A DNA stretch of 64,000 nucleotides from Yuukianura sp. NJ FZ-2021 (taxonomy: Eukaryota): assembly GCA_046563655.1 (NCBI GenBank), contig CM102285.1, forward strand, positions 2,604,001 through 2,668,000. The letters run 5' to 3'. Numbering within the stretch: position 1 is the stretch's first letter; each line of letters opens with the position of its first letter. The notes beneath the pieces are model-generated. The model was not told the origin of the DNA and did not search any database. It was given only the letters and a program-made list of their open reading frames with translations. The position numbers were made by a program, and so were the translations under genes. Of this stretch, positions 19,401-29,900 are shown one piece after another.

Positions 19401-19640
19401 TCAACCAACGGCAGAACACATCGTGTTGTCTTCGTTGCATTTAATTACAGGTAAAGTTGCGCATTCGCAGAAAAATGCACCATTAAGCGGTCCACACCCA
19501 TTATCTTCTGTTCCACTTTTTTCACAATGTGCAGCACAATGTTTGCAATCGTCAATTTTTCCCACGGAAAGAGCGCCTTCAGCGTCATGGCTCATCCAAA
19601 CAATAAGCATAAGCGCCAGCAAGTAAAATTGAATCTTCAT
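19401..19640 (-). CDS. Small secreted cysteine-rich peptide (79 aa, 8 Cys), CSab/defensin-like
   Basis: Signal peptide MKIQFYLLALMLIVWMSHDAEGA. Cys spacing C-x2-C-x3-C-x9-C-x8-C-x-C-x7-C-x6-C includes the CxxxC...CxC pair. A likely 5'UTR intron spans ~19862-19645. Confidence 0.8.
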   Translation of the reverse strand: MKIQFYLLALMLIVWMSHDAEGALSVGKIDDCKHCAAHCEKSGTEDNGCGPLNGAFFCECATLPVIKCNEDNTMCSAVG

Positions 19641-20430
19641 CGTGCTACAAAAAGTAGGTTTTAAAAATTTCTGAAAATTGAATTTGTAATTTTTGAAACT
19701 AGCTTAAATCTAAATTATAAAAATTAAATATTGAAGTCGCAGAATTTTATAGTATTAAGTAATAATATAAAATAGTACTGTTTTTGGTTTTAAATACAAT
19801 AATCGAATACCTTCAAAGGCAGAATCTTCCGATGAAATTAAAAAAAATGATTTATGACTTACATAATGCTTCAGGTTTGGCTTTAAAGAGAAGTTTTTTA
19901 TTCCGTGACCCTAATTGCTTCAAATCAAAACGGTTCTCACTTAAAACCGTTTAAAACAAATTACTTATTAACCTGACTAGAATCAATACCCTCAAAAACC
20001 TCAAAATGTAGTATGCATCATAGGTGAATTGGCATTTGGCAAAAGATTTGAAAAAAATTTAGACTCATTTGAATTTTCAAAAACATATAATTGTCAAAAG
20101 GCATATAATTGTCCCTATCTAATGAAAGAACTCGCATCGTCGCATCACAAAACATTCCATAAGGGATTTGACGTCTTTGGAAAAAGTACTCGCCGCAAAT
20201 TTGCAAAAGATGCAATGTCGTGAATAATTTTCGACAACTTTCAACCGGTCTAATTTACACTGCGCAATGATCAAAGTCCAATATAGAAACACCTCCTTCG
20301 ACAATCTATCCAGCAAAATAGCTTAGATATCAACTTCGTCCATGTTGTACTGTTTCTGCAAACGGAAGTTAGTTTAGGTAAAGCCTTTGATTTATTCCAA
20401 AAATTCAACACACCAACAAAAGTAAAAATT

Positions 20431-20874
20431 TCAATGCAACACGGATCTGATTCTAGCTATGAAGGCATCGACATTGACTTTTCCATTTTGAATCAATTTT
20501 GAAAAATCCTCATCTTTTAACCTAGGGTCATTTACAACTACAAAGTTCTTGTACTCTTCAAAGTGTTCTGCTGACATGCAACCATCTTGGATGTACACTT
20601 GAGCCCCCAATTGCGCAGTTGCGGCAGTATCGTGTAGAGTTTTACAAGATTCAATAAAGATTTGCAGTGAGAGCTTCCCGCCAAAATATTTGTCAAAGTA
20701 AAATTTGTTAGCTGACACTTGCTCTGTTGATCTTTGGAATTCCATTTTGAGGTAGAGGTCACCAAGGTCACTTGTTGAAATCGATTCTTCCTGGTATGTA
20801 GCCATTGACCGGAAAATTTGTTCCAATTCTGCCAAATCCTGCACAGAGAGTGGCTTGGTAAAGTCGCGACCCAT
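20431..20874 (-). CDS. EF-hand family paralogue 3 (147 aa) with both Ca2+ loops degenerate
   Basis: The N-terminus MGRDFTKPLSVQDLAEL and the DPRLK motif match the paralogues. The loops are reduced to YIQDGCMSAEH and IQNGKVNVDA. The ORF is intact. Confidence 0.82.
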   Translation of the reverse strand: MGRDFTKPLSVQDLAELEQIFRSMATYQEESISTSDLGDLYLKMEFQRSTEQVSANKFYFDKYFGGKLSLQIFIESCKTLHDTAATAQLGAQVYIQDGCMSAEHFEEYKNFVVVNDPRLKDEDFSKLIQNGKVNVDAFIARIRSVLH

Positions 20875-21609
20875 TTCTTAAAAAACTTGAACTTTTGAAT
20901 AATTGAAATGGAGTTTTTTTGCAAATTGGACTGAAACGGGTTAAATTAAAGTTATGGCCAAAACGAGGTCAAAAATTCTCACAAAGTTGGTGAAAAAAGT
21001 TAGTGAAAGTGTACTTCCTGACATCTAAAGACAAAATGATTGTAAATACAAAGCTATTCAAATAGTTTGTTTACCACCCGCATCACATCCGATCCTTTGT
21101 GTAATTTCATAAATTCAAGGCTACTCTAAACCAAAGTAGGAGGAGCTTCCACTCGTTCTTTAAATTAAATAATCGTAGGAAAATTTTTATTACTATGTCC
21201 TTCGCAATAGTTTAGAAATGGCACAAATCCAACAGCAGTTGTTAGAGGCAATTTAACAATTAATGATATTAAATTTAAGCGAATTATTTAATAATACAAT
21301 CAAAATTATTTAACTGCCAATCTATTTTTTAAACTATTAATAGGGTTATGGTTACTATTTGATTTATTTTATGAAATCATTTAATGATTTCAAAATTTGT
21401 CAACTCTGGAAATGATTGTAGCTTTAATCTTAAATTAAACCATCCAGTAGAAACACAAAAAAAATTCTCGGCTTTATTTCAAGTAAAACAGGGTATCAGT
21501 AAAACAAGATAAATTTCGCATTGATTTCTTACAGTAATGAAGTTTTTCTAAAGTTTTTGCCTTGAAAATTTTCAAATTCAAAGATTCCTTGGGATAATGT
21601 TAGTTTTGT

Positions 21610-22077
21610 TTACATTTTGAGTGAAGCGTTGAGCCAGTCTGAAAATTCTGCAATACTGATTTTGCCATCTCCATTTTCGTCTGCCTCTTCAACAAGCTTC
21701 TCAAAATTGATTTCCTTTAGTCGCGGATCGTGCGTTCTACAAATGTCCTTGAATTCTTCGAATTCACTCGCATCAATGAATCCATCCCCATTTGTATCGT
21801 ATACTGTGGCGGCAATTTTTGCACATTCTGCTATATCATGGATCGTCTTCAAAATGTCTTGGAATCTGCTGAGCGGCATTCTCCCGTTAAAATATTTTGT
21901 AAAGTAGAACACGCAAGATGCTATTTGTTGCGGAGTCTGCTCGTATTCCATTTTCTTATACAGTTCAACTACGTCATTTGTAGAAATTGAGGCTTCAAAT
22001 GTCGGCATCGAGCGGAACATTTCTGTGAGTTCTTCCAAATCCTTCTCGGACAGGGGCTTTGTATAATCTCGAGGCAT
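21610..22077 (-). CDS. EF-hand Ca2+-binding protein (155 aa), paralogue 4; inverted near-duplicate of 13875-14342
   Basis: Loops DTNGDGFIDASE and DENGDGKISIAE. The central ~340 nt is almost identical to paralogue 1. Confidence 0.9.
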   Translation of the reverse strand: MPRDYTKPLSEKDLEELTEMFRSMPTFEASISTNDVVELYKKMEYEQTPQQIASCVFYFTKYFNGRMPLSRFQDILKTIHDIAECAKIAATVYDTNGDGFIDASEFEEFKDICRTHDPRLKEINFEKLVEEADENGDGKISIAEFSDWLNASLKM

Positions 22078-22963
22078 TTAATTGTTTTTTAATTATTCTC
22101 TTTTCAGCTCCAAATTTTGTATACTTCTGATGCTAGATCACATGAAATCAATGCATTTATATATGTCTCCAAATGCAGGGAATTAAAAAGCAAGGCGTTG
22201 CAGTTTAATCAAGGCCAACTACTTAATTAAAGTGTTATTTTGTAAACAATTTTGAACGTATCCAAAATAGCAATTGCAACTCTTGGAAATTCCACTTTAG
22301 CCAATCACATGACCTGATTTTGACTAAATTGGTTTTGAGAGTTAATTAAGCGGTATATGGTTTAGATAACTTGAAAATGTCTAGACCTTTGATTGTTCAA
22401 ATAGTGGTTAATTATTGAGCTGTGGGTTTTAATTGTATTAACTAGTTATGCTCATTAGAATATTTTAGGTTGTACATGTCACTTGTAACTGCGCAAGTGG
22501 ATTTACGTCAACAGCTTTGGAACAAAATTGTTGGATGCTAATAGCTTGTGATTTAAAAATCGTTGTCAACTCAATATTTTTGTTTCGAAATGTACAAATC
22601 TTCTCTTCGACTTTTCATAGGATGAATTCAATTCCTGTTGAGAAAAGCCGTCAATTTTTTTGGTTTTCGCTTTAGTATGAGGCGTACATTACTCTGATGA
22701 GTGCTGGGACTACGATAATGAAAAAAATATTGAAAAGAATGAAGAATGTGTGTAATCTGGTTTTATTAAACATTTTAAATTTTCACATTCAAAGCAGCGT
22801 AAAAGTATGCAACAATTACAACAAAAGTGAATCGTAACAGCTTATCATATTGAATTTTTCAAACAGTAGCGTGTGACATTAAGAATAGAAATCCTCATAT
22901 GTATGTGAAACCCATTTTCTAAAACTCAGTTTTCAATTGAACTTCGTTTGTGAAAATTTCCAT

Positions 22964-23431
22964 TCAAATTTTGCCTGACTTTTTGATCCAGTTTGAAAAC
23001 TCTTCCACGCTGATTTTGCCATCGCCATTTTCATCTGCCTCTTCAACTAGTTTTTCGAAGTTGATTAGTTTGAGCCGTGGGTCATGCGTGCTGCAGACTT
23101 GCTTAAAATCTTCAAACTCTTCTTTTGAAATGAACCCATCTCCGTTCTTGTCGTAGGCTTCGGCGGCAATTTTGATAGCCTCTGACGTATCATGTATCTT
23201 TTCAAAAACTGACTGACACTTCGATAGTAATACCCTGCCATTATAGTGTTTTTCAAAGTAGGACACAAGAGATGATACTTGTTCCGGAGCGTATTCATAC
23301 TCAATTCTCTGGAAAAACGCCGCTAGGTCAGTTACTGAAATAGAACCTTCAAATGTTGGCATGGACTGAAATGTTTCTGTGATCTTGTGCAATTCCGAAG
23401 CGGAGAGTGGCTTGGTGTAATCTGGCGCCAT
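22964..23431 (-). CDS. EF-hand Ca2+-binding protein (155 aa), paralogue 5
   Basis: The ATG at 23431 (MAPDYTKPLS) aligns with the paralogues; the longer ORF-track start is non-ATG. Loops DKNGDGFISKEE and DENGDGKISVEE. Confidence 0.9.
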   Translation of the reverse strand: MAPDYTKPLSASELHKITETFQSMPTFEGSISVTDLAAFFQRIEYEYAPEQVSSLVSYFEKHYNGRVLLSKCQSVFEKIHDTSEAIKIAAEAYDKNGDGFISKEEFEDFKQVCSTHDPRLKLINFEKLVEEADENGDGKISVEEFSNWIKKSGKI

Positions 23432-24652
23432 GTTCTGGATTTTCGGCCACGTCCTCAACTCAAGATTTTGAAACTGATTGAAAATTGCTGTCAAATCTGT
23501 CGTTTTTATAATCATGTTCTCAGGCCATGGAATTACAAAGTAAAAGTATTTGAAATCAAGGGCCAACATCAAACACAATTCTTCAATCAGTGCCAAGAAT
23601 TAAACCCGATCATGACAGGTGAAATGTACGTTTGATTGTAGCGAGGAATATTCTGGTTTATTTGGTTTATTGTGCGTATATTCAAGTTAATTTACATTTT
23701 TGACTGGAAATGGCTAGTCTAGCGACTAATTAATTAATTTTGAATTTTAATTAATTTGGTTGAAGGTGCTTATGTATAAGAATCACTTTAACGGCTGAAT
23801 TGTAAAACTTGTAATTCCGGTTGCATTGCGCAAGATCATTATATAAATAAAATAATTGAGAACAGGCTAAACACGGTTGCTGCTCACCTTGTAAATTGTC
23901 AAGTTCGAAGATCAAGATCAAAACGAAGATGAGTACTCAAATAGGAATGCTGTAGTAACAGAACCATGGGGCACATTTAAATTTTCGGCCGGAAATATGT
24001 TTCGAAAAATTATTTTAAATTTCAATGTTAATTTTTCGTCTCTCAAATTGTCGCATTGAGATTTCGGCACAAAAGAAGAAACTCCTAAGCTGACACCTTA
24101 AAAATTTAAATTGATTTTCAATTAAATTAACCTCCTACTACAATTCAATTAATATACCAACGTAAATAATGTGCTACCTAAGGTAATGCACTGCACTTTA
24201 CTAAGAAAATGTATCAATACACTTTCTTGAAAAATAAAACAACTAATCGCGACAACCTTGCCAGCTTTTCTGAAAGAGTTTTTATTTCCGACTTTTCAGA
24301 GGATTAGGGTGGTAATATTTAAGCAGGAATTTTGAATTGCACTCATCCAAACCAAATTTTGTTCAATTTAATTTATTTCTCTAGTTTATAAGTTTAAAAA
24401 AGTCAATATCAAATGACTCAAATTCAGTTAGTCACACCTCACGTCATCCGTTTTTCTAAGATTAGATTTATGTACATAAATTGTAGGGTTGACTAGTGGC
24501 ATTACATCATTTACCACCATTTCATACCAAAGGTAAAGTAACGCAGTGTGGCATTACTGAGTAAATCTATGGTATTTAGCAGGATCAAGTGTTTGTTGAT
24601 TGTATATATTACGACTAAAATTTTGACGATTTTTTCAGGAAATCAGTGAATA

Positions 24653-26944
24653 ATGGAGGCTAGCAAAAGCGATGATCTATTTGAAAACGCGTCAAGCACA
24701 GTCCTCGGTAAAACACCGTATGCCTTTCTCCAGGAAGTTACTGTACAAAACCAGGCTATGTCAATTGATGCAGTGGAACGAGAAGCATTTCTGGGTCGAG
24801 CCACCAAAACGTTTGTGTCAACAATTACCATATATCATTCTCCGCACGAGAACGTTGTGGGTAATAATCAATGTTCAATTACGACGAAATAGAGTGTATT
24901 AGTATTAATTTTTTGTTAAGAGATGAAAGCTGAGCGACTGGTGAATGAAGAAGACAATAGATGTCCAATCATTTGTTTAGACGATGAGGCGATTATGGCA
25001 TGTGCACGTGCAGTAGAAAATAGTAATTTAGATGAATCGATGGTTTGTCATTTGTTTTCACTACTCCATTTAGTCCGCCGCCTGCCATGTTCGGAGTTTA
25101 CTAATAAGATTTCTGCCGGAATTATATTTAGTGAAAGAGTGTTCCGAATGAATTGTATCGCTTTATTTGAATTTTAGTAACTGGACCTCCAGCTGTTTCA
25201 AAACAAATGGCCCGACATGCTGCTGCTGTTGAAGTGTTTCGGCGTTTGCGTCTAAACAAATCATGGTTACTTGCTACACAAGTACCATTACGTGGTGGAA
25301 AAAAGTGGAAAATTCCCGATGAATCGTTTTTACCGATTGAAAACTTACAAGGGATAGACGAACAACTAAAAACCATTACAACTCCTAATACGCCGCCTCC
25401 CAGTTCAGTTTCAACGTCTGGTATCCTACGTACTCCTCCTACAAGTCCAACCAAGGCCACTGCTGTATCTTCAAGTCCAGCTTCGCCATCCAGCTACATT
25501 TCCACTGAATGGATTCTAAGACTAATCGCGTATTGCTCACAGAAAAAGCTTTCACCTCCAGCCTTCACGGTATACATAACAATTTAATTACTTTTACTTA
25601 TAGCAACTCGCACAACTGAAAATGTTTCTTTTTTTTTTCTTAGGAAATTGCCGAAGAAGGACCTACTAACATGCGCGTATTTACCATTCAATGTGAGGTA
25701 CGTAATTTCACCACTGGGGAAGTTGTTACCTCTAAAGTCAAAGCTCGATGCAAGAAACAAATCGTGAAACAGTTCTGTGCTCAAAGCGTGTTAATGAAAC
25801 TGAAAATCAAGGATGGTGTTGTATGGGTAAGTACAGTCTTATAACTTTGGCACGAAAACCAGAGACAAACAGAATCTTTACTAAAAATCTTTTACTCTTT
25901 TAGGATGAACCACCAATGCCTGATTTTGTTTTGGAGGTTGATGACATTCCATTGCCTTGTGAATCCGTCACTGACAAGTTGAAGGTGCTGCAGATTTCCA
26001 ATCCTCCTAGTCCAATTCGGACACCCCAGTCACCAAAACCGACCGTCACTCCTACATTAGACGCAGATACTATCGAAGAAGGGGAGATAACTGGAGATGT
26101 GGGCTGTTCCGACAGTGACAACGACATGGAAAATTCCAATTCCTCTTCGGAGTCAGTTCCAGTGACGTCGGCGAAGGATGAAACAATATCAAAGGAAGAG
26201 GAAGAAGAAAGGGCTGCTTTTCGTAAGCTCATCAATAGCCAAAACATTTACAACTTTCCAAATACGGAGCGTATAGAAGACGCAAAGTGGGAAAACGGAT
26301 TCGAGGGTAAGCTGGCCGTTGAGAATCCATTGTTGCGATGTACAAGACCATTTGAAGAATGTGTTAAGTGGGGGGCTCATCACTACAGTCATGCTGTAAT
26401 CCGAGACTTGACTATGGACAACAGAATTCTCAATGAATTGGTAACATCAACGTGTCAATTTTTCATAAAGGAAAATCCATTGTGCATTTATAATTGCTTG
26501 CATTCATTGCAGAAAAACTATGAATCGGTTAGCCCCAAAAGAGCAGTGGGATTACTCGATGAACTTGTAAAACAACAACCTGTTCTACCTAAACAAAGAA
26601 CGAATTATCTGGAGCGCTTGAGAGGAAACGCGTCGTTTGAAGAACGTGGGGAAAATGATCATTTGGTATCCGTCGACTACCAACGACTTCATTCAATGCA
26701 CATTGAGCCCCGCAAAGCTTATACGTACGAAGACTTAGTCCAAGAGCGGTTGAACGTACAGATGTGTTTACAAGACCTGGATAACTTAATATTTAAAGGA
26801 GAAATTTGTGTTGTCTGTAAATTCCATCACCAAACTCTGGATTTCACAACTATGGAATTTGGAAGTACTTTTGAGGAGGGCAAAGTGAAGGCTGCCAAGA
26901 GTTTGGTTGATGTGATTGGCCAGCTTTGTGTCTTATACAGATAA
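24653..26944 (+). CDS. Divergent dsRNA-binding-domain protein (Loqs/R2D2/TRBP-PACT-like), ~607 aa; exons 24653-24860, 25178-25569, 25644-25826, 25904-26944
   Basis: dsRBD1: GKTPYAFLQE...FVSTITI...SKQMARHAAAVEVFRRL. dsRBD2: WILRLIAYCSQKKLSPPAFTEIAEEGPTNMRVFTIQCEV...CKKQIVKQFCAQSVLMKL. The C-terminus has a degenerate type-B dsRBD-like end (FGSTFEEGKVKAAKSLVDVI). Splice phases are consistent. Confidence 0.7.
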
Positions 26945-29900
26945 ACATAGTAGCTAGGGCATCTACAAGTAAGGTGATCTAAACAATATTAGGAAAACAA
27001 AACTTTTCCTTATTGGCTAGCTGAATTGGATAAATTAAAATCATTTAAAATATTATTACACCATAGTTTATGATTACAAATCGGTTAGGTTAGTGTCAAT
27101 GGCAACCTTATTCGAATTTATTCTCCAAATGATAAGAATTATTTAGGAACTTAACGTAAGAGTTTTTTTCAAACATGTAGTAACATAACATACATATACA
27201 TTGATTAAGCCACTTTGCTTCTGCGTAACCCGCCAAAATCGCACAAAAACATGCTTGTCCGATTACAATAATTTTTAATTTTTATTACATATATTTTATT
27301 GGATATAATTTTTAATATTATTTACAAAATTGCCGCAAAAGCGTTAACTAAACTTTCAAATTTGAATTAGCTTTTCCCTCATGTTTGCATAAGTTTCGAC
27401 TCGTTTGTAAGGAAACAAAATAGCGGTATACTATTTTGGCTGTCACTCACTGTTACTTCGAATTTAAATTGTAATTTGGCATTTTTTTTAAAATTAGTTT
27501 CATTTTTCACGAAAAATTGAAACCCTGCAGAAGAAAAAGTGTTACTGCGATAACGGCATGAGACATTTCTCTGATTAGTTAAAAGTTTAATTTATTCTCG
27601 TTCAAGGAAAAAGGAACTTGAGATGTGCTTAATTAGTCCGTAAAATGACACTTTTTTCAAAATTAAAACTTCTCAAAAGACAGGTTCGTATTTCAACGTA
27701 CTAGAATTCCTTCCTTCTCACGTTCTTCATGTCTCTTCTAAATTTTACTTTCACGTATATAAAAAACATTTTACTTTTTCAAAACTTTCTCCTAAATGAA
27801 GCTTAACTCGATAAGCGCTCCTCCGAAAATTTCTCGTCACATGCTACAAAATGTGTCTTCCTGTTTTAATTTGCAAGAATTTCGACCCGTCACTCCTTGA
27901 CTCTCCAAGCTCCAATCAGAAATGCATGTATACACTTTTTGTCTCATTCTAAATTCATCTTGTTATATCGATATTAATTACTCTTTTGTATTGTACAGGA
28001 CTTTTGGCGGTGAGAATTAAAAGTGGTTTAAGATCCGGATTCTACCTCCGCTTGGATTCTATGGAATACCGTACTAAAGTACTAAATTCTCCTTCCATTA
28101 TCTTGAAACAAAAGGAGACCATTTTCCATTTTGGTTCTTGGAAAGAACGCGACCGTGAGACGGTGGCTTAATTTATAGAAGAAGCTCCTTTTCTCCTCCA
28201 TTTTGTACTTTGTAGAGGTTCAGTTGGGTGCCACTGCTAACGGAACGCACGGGAAGTTAAAACAGTGTGCAGTGAGGAAGTGGGAAATAAGTGGACTGAC
28301 GTTGATATAAGGCTTAAAGGAGTAAGAAAAAATCGAGACTACTTTCACCCCAAAGTAAAAAGCATACTTCATTCATTTACGTTTTTAATTTCATCGATTT
28401 TCAACAAAGTTCTGACATTTTTTTCACTTTTTACCGAATGTTTTTCTTTTGCTTTAGAAAAGACGAAGTAAAAGATATTCCCCTTAGAAGTGCCGGATAT
28501 TCGAAATATTACAAGCCGTTCAAATTTTTTGTGTACCTTACTAACTTCCGTACGTCATACATCATGTTATTCTACACATTTAATACATTATGTACGGTTA
28601 CATTTTAATTTAATGCATTTTATACATTATGCATTGCATAATATCACCGCATTATACATGATGTATTTGCATACCATCACTGCAGCATACATTTTACGCC
28701 ATCACTGTATAAGACAACCTTGAGTATTGTACATCGTATGCGGCTTCCAACATTTCTGTTTGTTGTTTCCACATTGTTTGTTTAGTTTTGTTTCATCATC
28801 ATATTATTTGAGGTTATTAATCGAGAAAATACCGGACTGTGAAAAATTCTGAGCGAACTGTGTCCTGACTGCTCTGGTTTGTACTCCTGCCTGATTAGAA
28901 GAAAAGGGAGAAAGACGTGCTTTTGGAAGAAGTTTCTGCTGAAGCTCCGCTTCCTCCGGGAAGTACAAAAGAACAACGGAAATGGAAATCCAGTGAATTC
29001 AATATAACTTTATCTGAGGGTCCTTCCGTGCGGAGACAATGGGCTTTGACATCAAGTGAGTGGAGGGCAAATGCACAACTAAGAAGGGGGAGAGGGGGGC
29101 CCTTTTTGAATCTGAGGGCGCTGAAAGTCCTTGGGAAGACTTAATTCAGGGTGACACTTTTCCTACTAGTGGTGGCAGTGGCATTGTGTAAGAAGAAAAC
29201 TTCTTTGGACCAACTATTTCACTCTAGGCTCTTATTTGAGACTTTCACAAAGTTCGGAAAGTAACCAATCCTGACACATGTAATCGTGAAAGTTCATTTT
29301 AGGTGACAGGTGAAAGGAGTTGAGAATTTTAGTCCATCTAGTACTAAAAACGGTCTTGGTCTAATGCTGCTCTTGTTGCATTCTGGACACAAAAGTGACG
29401 GTGACTGGATTCAGTGGTTGTGGTGGTCGTGGGAATAACCGTGTTCAAATGGAATCGAAATCAGGACTCTGAATATTGTCACAAAGTGTCACCGTTGATG
29501 TTCATTCGATTGAGCACAAAGTTATAAGTGAAAAGCTTTTAATTAAATGGAATTTGCTTGTAACGAGCATTTGTGCTTGGAGGGCGTTAATTGCCATTAG
29601 CTCCAAAAAGTTCAAATTTGACTTTCACCAAAATTTAACTTTTAATTTTGGAAAATTGGATTTAAAGTGAGGAAACTCGATTCAATTTTGTACTTTCCAT
29701 GTTAACTTTTAGTTTTTTGTTAGATGATTTATGTTCCAGAACCGATTTTCTCAATATTTCAAAAAATTGTGCTCAGTGAAGCTTTCCATTTTGAAGACTA
29801 CGAATTATTTACATAAGTTTTGCTATGAATCACTGCTGAAGAAAGCAAAAGAATAGTTGCGCATGGAAAGTAAAAGTTTTAAAAAGGCCCATCTTTTCAG

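Noticed and set aside
20018-20343. Possible F-box-like pseudogene fragment on the minus strand (LLDRLSKEVFLY...)
   Set aside because: There is a stop after 6 codons, frameshifts would be required, and the similarity is too weak to support.
23432-23596. N-terminal extensions of EF-hand ORFs given by the ORF track (also 15314-15349)
   Set aside because: They use non-ATG starts; paralogue alignment places the true start at the conserved M-x-x-D-[YF] methionine.
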